Assembly (NCBI GenBank): GCA_902800045.1
Contig: CADCCZ010000007.1
Location: forward strand, 22,237-86,236
DNA from: an uncultured Bacteroidia bacterium
Lineage (GTDB): Bacteria; Bacteroidota; Bacteroidia; Bacteroidales; ML635J-15
Length of the DNA stretch: 64,000 nucleotides
Direction of reading: 5' to 3'
The position numbers and the translations under genes are program-made. Shown here in pieces: positions 60,907 to 64,000 of the stretch (position 1 is the first letter of the stretch; each line of letters starts with the position of its first letter). The notes under the pieces are model-generated. The model was not told where the DNA came from, ran no database searches, and saw nothing but the letters and a program-made list of their open reading frames with translations.

Positions 60907-61452
60907 ATGATAGACCAGATAATTAACTACAATAAGACTTTCGTAGAGCAGAAAGGTTATGAGAAATATCTGACGGACAAATATCCCGACAAGAAACTGG
61001 CGGTGCTGTCGTGCATGGACACCCGACTGACGGAATTGCTTCCTGCCGCTCTCGGACTGAAGAATGGCGATGCGAAAATTATTAAGAATGCTGGCGGGCT
61101 GGTCATTTCGGCTTTCGATTCTGCGATGCGCAGCCTGATTGTCGCCATATACGAACTTGGCGTGAATGAGATTATGGTGGTGGCGCACAGCCATTGCGGG
61201 GCTTGCCACATGAGCTACGACCACTTTCACAACGAAATGATTTCTAGAGGCATCACCGACGAGACGCTTGACACCATCCGCAAATGTGGCATCAATTTGG
61301 ACCATTGGCTCGAGGGTTTCAAGGATACGCCCGAATCTGTGCGTAAGACTGTCGAGACCATCAAGACTCATCCGCTTGTGCCGAAGGACATAGTGGTGCG
61401 TGGTTTCATAATCGACTCGGAGACAGGTGCTTTGGATGAAATAAAAATGTAA
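60907..61452 (+). CDS. Beta-class carbonic anhydrase
   Basis: 181 aa with zinc ligand motifs SCMDTRL and HSHCGA. The 367-aa antisense ORF is rejected. Confidence 0.8.
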   Translation: MIDQIINYNKTFVEQKGYEKYLTDKYPDKKLAVLSCMDTRLTELLPAALGLKNGDAKIIKNAGGLVISAFDSAMRSLIVAIYELGVNEIMVVAHSHCGACHMSYDHFHNEMISRGITDETLDTIRKCGINLDHWLEGFKDTPESVRKTVETIKTHPLVPKDIVVRGFIIDSETGALDEIKM

Positions 61453-61464
61453 GATGCTAACAAT

Positions 61465-62223
61465 ATGATACTTTACTTCTCTGGTACGGGCAACAGCTTG
61501 GCAATAGCAAGGCAGATTGCCGAAAAGGTTGGCGACAAGATAATGCCGCTGCGCGAGGCGGTTGGCAAGGATTTGACTGGCGAAAAACGCATTGGTCTGG
61601 TATTCCCTACATATTGGCTCGATGCGCCTATTGCGGTGCGTGATATTGTGCCGCAACTTAATATCAGTCCTTCGTCGTACACCTTTGTTGTCATCACCTG
61701 CGGAGCGCAGACTAACAATGCGGTGTGGTCGGTGCGTCGTATTTTGCGACAGAAGGGTGTAAAGATTTCCTATTGCAACAAAATCCGCGTTCCCGACAGT
61801 TCTGCGCTTGCCTTCGGACGCAATCCAAACAGTCAGGCATGGAAGTTTGAGCGTTACGCACCGCGCTTGGAGCAAATATTGAACGATATTGCCGACGAAA
61901 AGCACGGTTTCCACTATGCAGGATTCGACCCACTGGGCTGGCTGCTCAATCGTCCGTCCATAGCTGCTAAAACTCAAAACTCGACCCGTCCTGTCTGCAA
62001 TACCGATAAATGCGTGGGCTGCGGCGTTTGTGCAAAAGTTTGTCCGCAGAAAAACATCACCCTTGCCGACGGCAAAGCCAAACTAGGTGACAATTGTGCT
62101 ATGTGTCTGGCCTGCTTGCATTTCTGCCCGCATCAGAGTATGGAAGTCAATGGCAAAGCAACACTAGCCGAACGGCAGTACCATCATCCGGAAGTTGAGC
62201 TAAAAGATATGATTGAATTTTAG
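61465..62223 (+). CDS. EFR1-family ferredoxin (flavodoxin-like N-terminus plus 2x[4Fe-4S] domain)
   Basis: 252 aa with MILYFSGTGNS, then CVGCGVCAKVCP and CAMCLACLHFCP. Confidence 0.7.
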   Translation: MILYFSGTGNSLAIARQIAEKVGDKIMPLREAVGKDLTGEKRIGLVFPTYWLDAPIAVRDIVPQLNISPSSYTFVVITCGAQTNNAVWSVRRILRQKGVKISYCNKIRVPDSSALAFGRNPNSQAWKFERYAPRLEQILNDIADEKHGFHYAGFDPLGWLLNRPSIAAKTQNSTRPVCNTDKCVGCGVCAKVCPQKNITLADGKAKLGDNCAMCLACLHFCPHQSMEVNGKATLAERQYHHPEVELKDMIEF

Positions 62224-62245
62224 CGGAGCGAACTCGGCGGACTTG

Positions 62246-63088
62246 TTACAATCCAAATACCTTTCGGAAGAACGCTACCGTGTTGGCGATGACTTTGGAG
62301 CGGTGGCGTGTGATGGTGTGGTTCTCGCCTTCGATGATTTGTAGGGTGGCGTTAGTGCCGTATGTCGACAGGTAGCGTTCGCTGCACCATAGAGGTACAA
62401 TGCCGTCCTGGTCGCCATGTTGCAGCAGCACAGGACCCTGATAGGCTGCGGAGGTGCCGTAGATGTCGAGTTGCTGGGTGGACACGAGGTATTCGCGCCC
62501 CAGTTTATAGAGTCCCCAGCAGCGTATGTATTCTGGTGGGTCGTTGGGGTCGAAACGAGCATTGAAGAACTTGCCTCCCTGGCAAGCCTCCTTTATGACC
62601 GTTCCTGGGGCAAGAAGCACTAAGCCCGATACGGTCTTTCCTTCGTCCGACAGCCGTCCTGCGGTCATTGAGGCAACGACGCCTCCCTGCGAGTGACCTA
62701 ATAGTCCGATGTGGCTTGCGTATGGCAACGAGCTTACATAGTCCCATACGGCGTGAGCGTCGGCAATCTCCTTCTCGATGGTCATATCCTGCTTGCGCCC
62801 GTCGCTTTTGCCATGGCCGTTGAAGTCGAAGCGAACAGACCCGATGCCAGCCTTTGCAAGGCCTTTGGCAATCTGTGGCATGGGTGTGAAGTCCTTGCTT
62901 GAGAATATGCCGTGCATAAGTATCACCATCGGACAATGGTCGGTTGCCGTGTCGAAGCCTTTGGGCAGTGTAATCTTGTAGGTTATATTCCCTTCGGGAC
63001 CTTTTATGGAAGCCTTTTGCGTCTTGCAAGCCGTCAGCAACAGCACTCCCAAAGCAATCAGAATGGAATAACTAACAAATTGTTTCAT
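62246..63088 (-). CDS. Secreted alpha/beta-fold hydrolase
   Basis: 280 aa with a signal/lipoprotein-like N-terminus (LLLTAC), the nucleophile elbow GHSQGG, and a C-terminal GENH catalytic His region. Confidence 0.7.
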   Translation of the reverse strand: MKQFVSYSILIALGVLLLTACKTQKASIKGPEGNITYKITLPKGFDTATDHCPMVILMHGIFSSKDFTPMPQIAKGLAKAGIGSVRFDFNGHGKSDGRKQDMTIEKEIADAHAVWDYVSSLPYASHIGLLGHSQGGVVASMTAGRLSDEGKTVSGLVLLAPGTVIKEACQGGKFFNARFDPNDPPEYIRCWGLYKLGREYLVSTQQLDIYGTSAAYQGPVLLQHGDQDGIVPLWCSERYLSTYGTNATLQIIEGENHTITRHRSKVIANTVAFFRKVFGL

Positions 63089-63288
63089 AGTGGGATAACG
63101 GCTGAAGGAGTAATTTATTGTGGCGAAGTATTTTTTCTATATTTAGAAATCAGAAACAATTGGAATTGCCTATCTTTGTTATCAAAACTAGTAAACATTT
63201 TCTTCTCATGAAACGAACATCATTTTTTCGTTGCAAATAATTTATGATTTTTTTGCAACTTATAGGTTTCGTTTTCCAAAAAAAGTAT

Positions 63289-63296
63289 TATTTTTG
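63289..63296 (+). promoter_or_regulatory. -7 box TAttTTTG
   Basis: tatttttg ends at the GTG track start (63296) and lies 23 nt upstream of ATG 63320. Confidence 0.4.
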
Positions 63297-63319
63297 TGGT
63301 GATTAAAAACTTTAATAAT

Positions 63320-63862
63320 ATGACTTTTGATAAGGTTATAGATGATGGTCGTTTATGGGCAGTCCGATTCGACAACGACAAGGATAATGCGCTTCAGAAA
63401 GTAATGTCGCAATGGGCTGATGCTGGTTGGCTAGCTGATTTTTTCATGCAGAATATTGACGACTTGATTTCTTATTTTAAGATAACCAACATTGAGGATG
63501 CCATATATCAAACAATGGAAGACAGGGATGAACTAGCGTGTATAATTATGGATATTTCTCCAGATGCCGACCTTGATCAGTTCTTCCGTCCGCTTGAAAA
63601 TAGTCGTGCAAGGGAAATGATATTGGGAAAAGAGAAAGGACGCCCGCATCACAGAAGCTGGTTGAGACTATATGCCATAAAGCTCAGCATGGGCATATAC
63701 ATAATCACTGGCGGAGCAATTAAATTGACACGCAAAATGCAGGAAAGAGAGCATACTTTACAAGAGTTGGAGAAGATGGAAAAAGTTAGGAATTTCTTGC
63801 TTAATGAACATGTTTTTGACGAAAATAGTTTTGTTGATTATCAAAAGGAGATAGAACCATGA
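63320..63862 (+). CDS. Hypothetical protein with a RelE/ParE (Gp49)-like C-terminal half; putative toxin
   Basis: MTFDKVIDDGRLWAVRF... The C-terminal half SWLRLYAIKLSMGIYIITGGAIKLTRKMQE resembles Gp49/HigB-type toxins. Its stop overlaps the next ATG (ATGA). Confidence 0.4.
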   Translation: MTFDKVIDDGRLWAVRFDNDKDNALQKVMSQWADAGWLADFFMQNIDDLISYFKITNIEDAIYQTMEDRDELACIIMDISPDADLDQFFRPLENSRAREMILGKEKGRPHHRSWLRLYAIKLSMGIYIITGGAIKLTRKMQEREHTLQELEKMEKVRNFLLNEHVFDENSFVDYQKEIEP

Positions 63863-64000
63863 CACAGGAAGAAGCAATAAATCGTTTAAGCCGTTACCAG
63901 TCGGATACTCCATCGTCTTGGCGCAAGGAGGAAGAAAAGCGTCTTAAGGCAAAATCCGATGGATGGCTACAGTATTCCCGTAAAATTGCCATAAAATTGG
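63859..64000 (+). CDS. Partial ORF (N-terminus only); putative antitoxin/HTH partner
   Basis: My translation is MTQEEAINRLSRYQSDTPSSWRKEEEKRLKAKSDGWLQYSRKIAIKL..., open to the window end. Coupling is by an ATGA overlap at 63859-63862. Confidence 0.3.
   Translation, partial: MTQEEAINRLSRYQSDTPSSWRKEEEKRLKAKSDGWLQYSRKIAIKL

Noticed and set aside
60874-61977. 367-aa minus-strand ORF covering the carbonic anhydrase and EFR1 ferredoxin genes
   Set aside because: It spans two plus-strand genes with clear metal-ligand motifs and also spans their intergenic gap. No motifs are recognisable.

Overview
The window reads as a Bacteroidota (Bacteroidales-like) chromosomal segment. Supporting signs are T9SS parts (a PorQ-like gene and two cargo proteins with C-terminal sorting domains), BlaI/BlaR1-TonB, ECF sigma modules, DUF4252, an IPExxxVDY protein, and TAnnTTTG -7 promoter boxes 15-45 nt upstream of many start codons.

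Most of the window is housekeeping: purM-like, prfA, rlmN, speB plus a deoxyhypusine-synthase-like gene, asnB, fumC, pheS, birA, dtd, ade, mnmG, an ABC-F ATPase, tRNA-Cys, and a 55-aa ferredoxin missing from the ORF track. Visibly AT-rich accessory patches are interspersed.

I found no CRISPR array, integrase, reverse transcriptase or canonical defence system. The candidates that look most like a system are:
- a Y1/HUH (RAYT/IS200-like) gene with an extra C-terminal domain, bracketed by inverted copies of a 20-nt GC hairpin (47961-49089);
- a four-helix-bundle (23S-IVS/Avd family) gene bracketed by inverted octamer arrays that could pair and loop it out, and that also appear to have rebuilt the N-terminus of the neighbouring hydrolase (30213-30745);
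- a cassette-like patch with two small paralogous lipoprotein genes (one has lost its ATG), three copies of a ~75-nt palindromic repeat with heptamer tails, and a ~600-bp ORF-free AT-rich tract (37584-39223);
- three copies of a 16-bp palindrome, TGTTTCA-NN-TGAAACA, around ade and dtd;
- an AT-rich, translationally coupled gene pair sharing the decapeptide EAGHNSAxAF (2642-3804);
- a tightly packed array of nucleotidyltransferase, CAT-like acetyltransferase, lipoprotein, GNAT and lipoprotein behind a GH97 gene.

All functional calls come from motif recognition by eye and no database search was run. Many longest-ORF starts in the track were shortened because a promoter box lies inside the extension.
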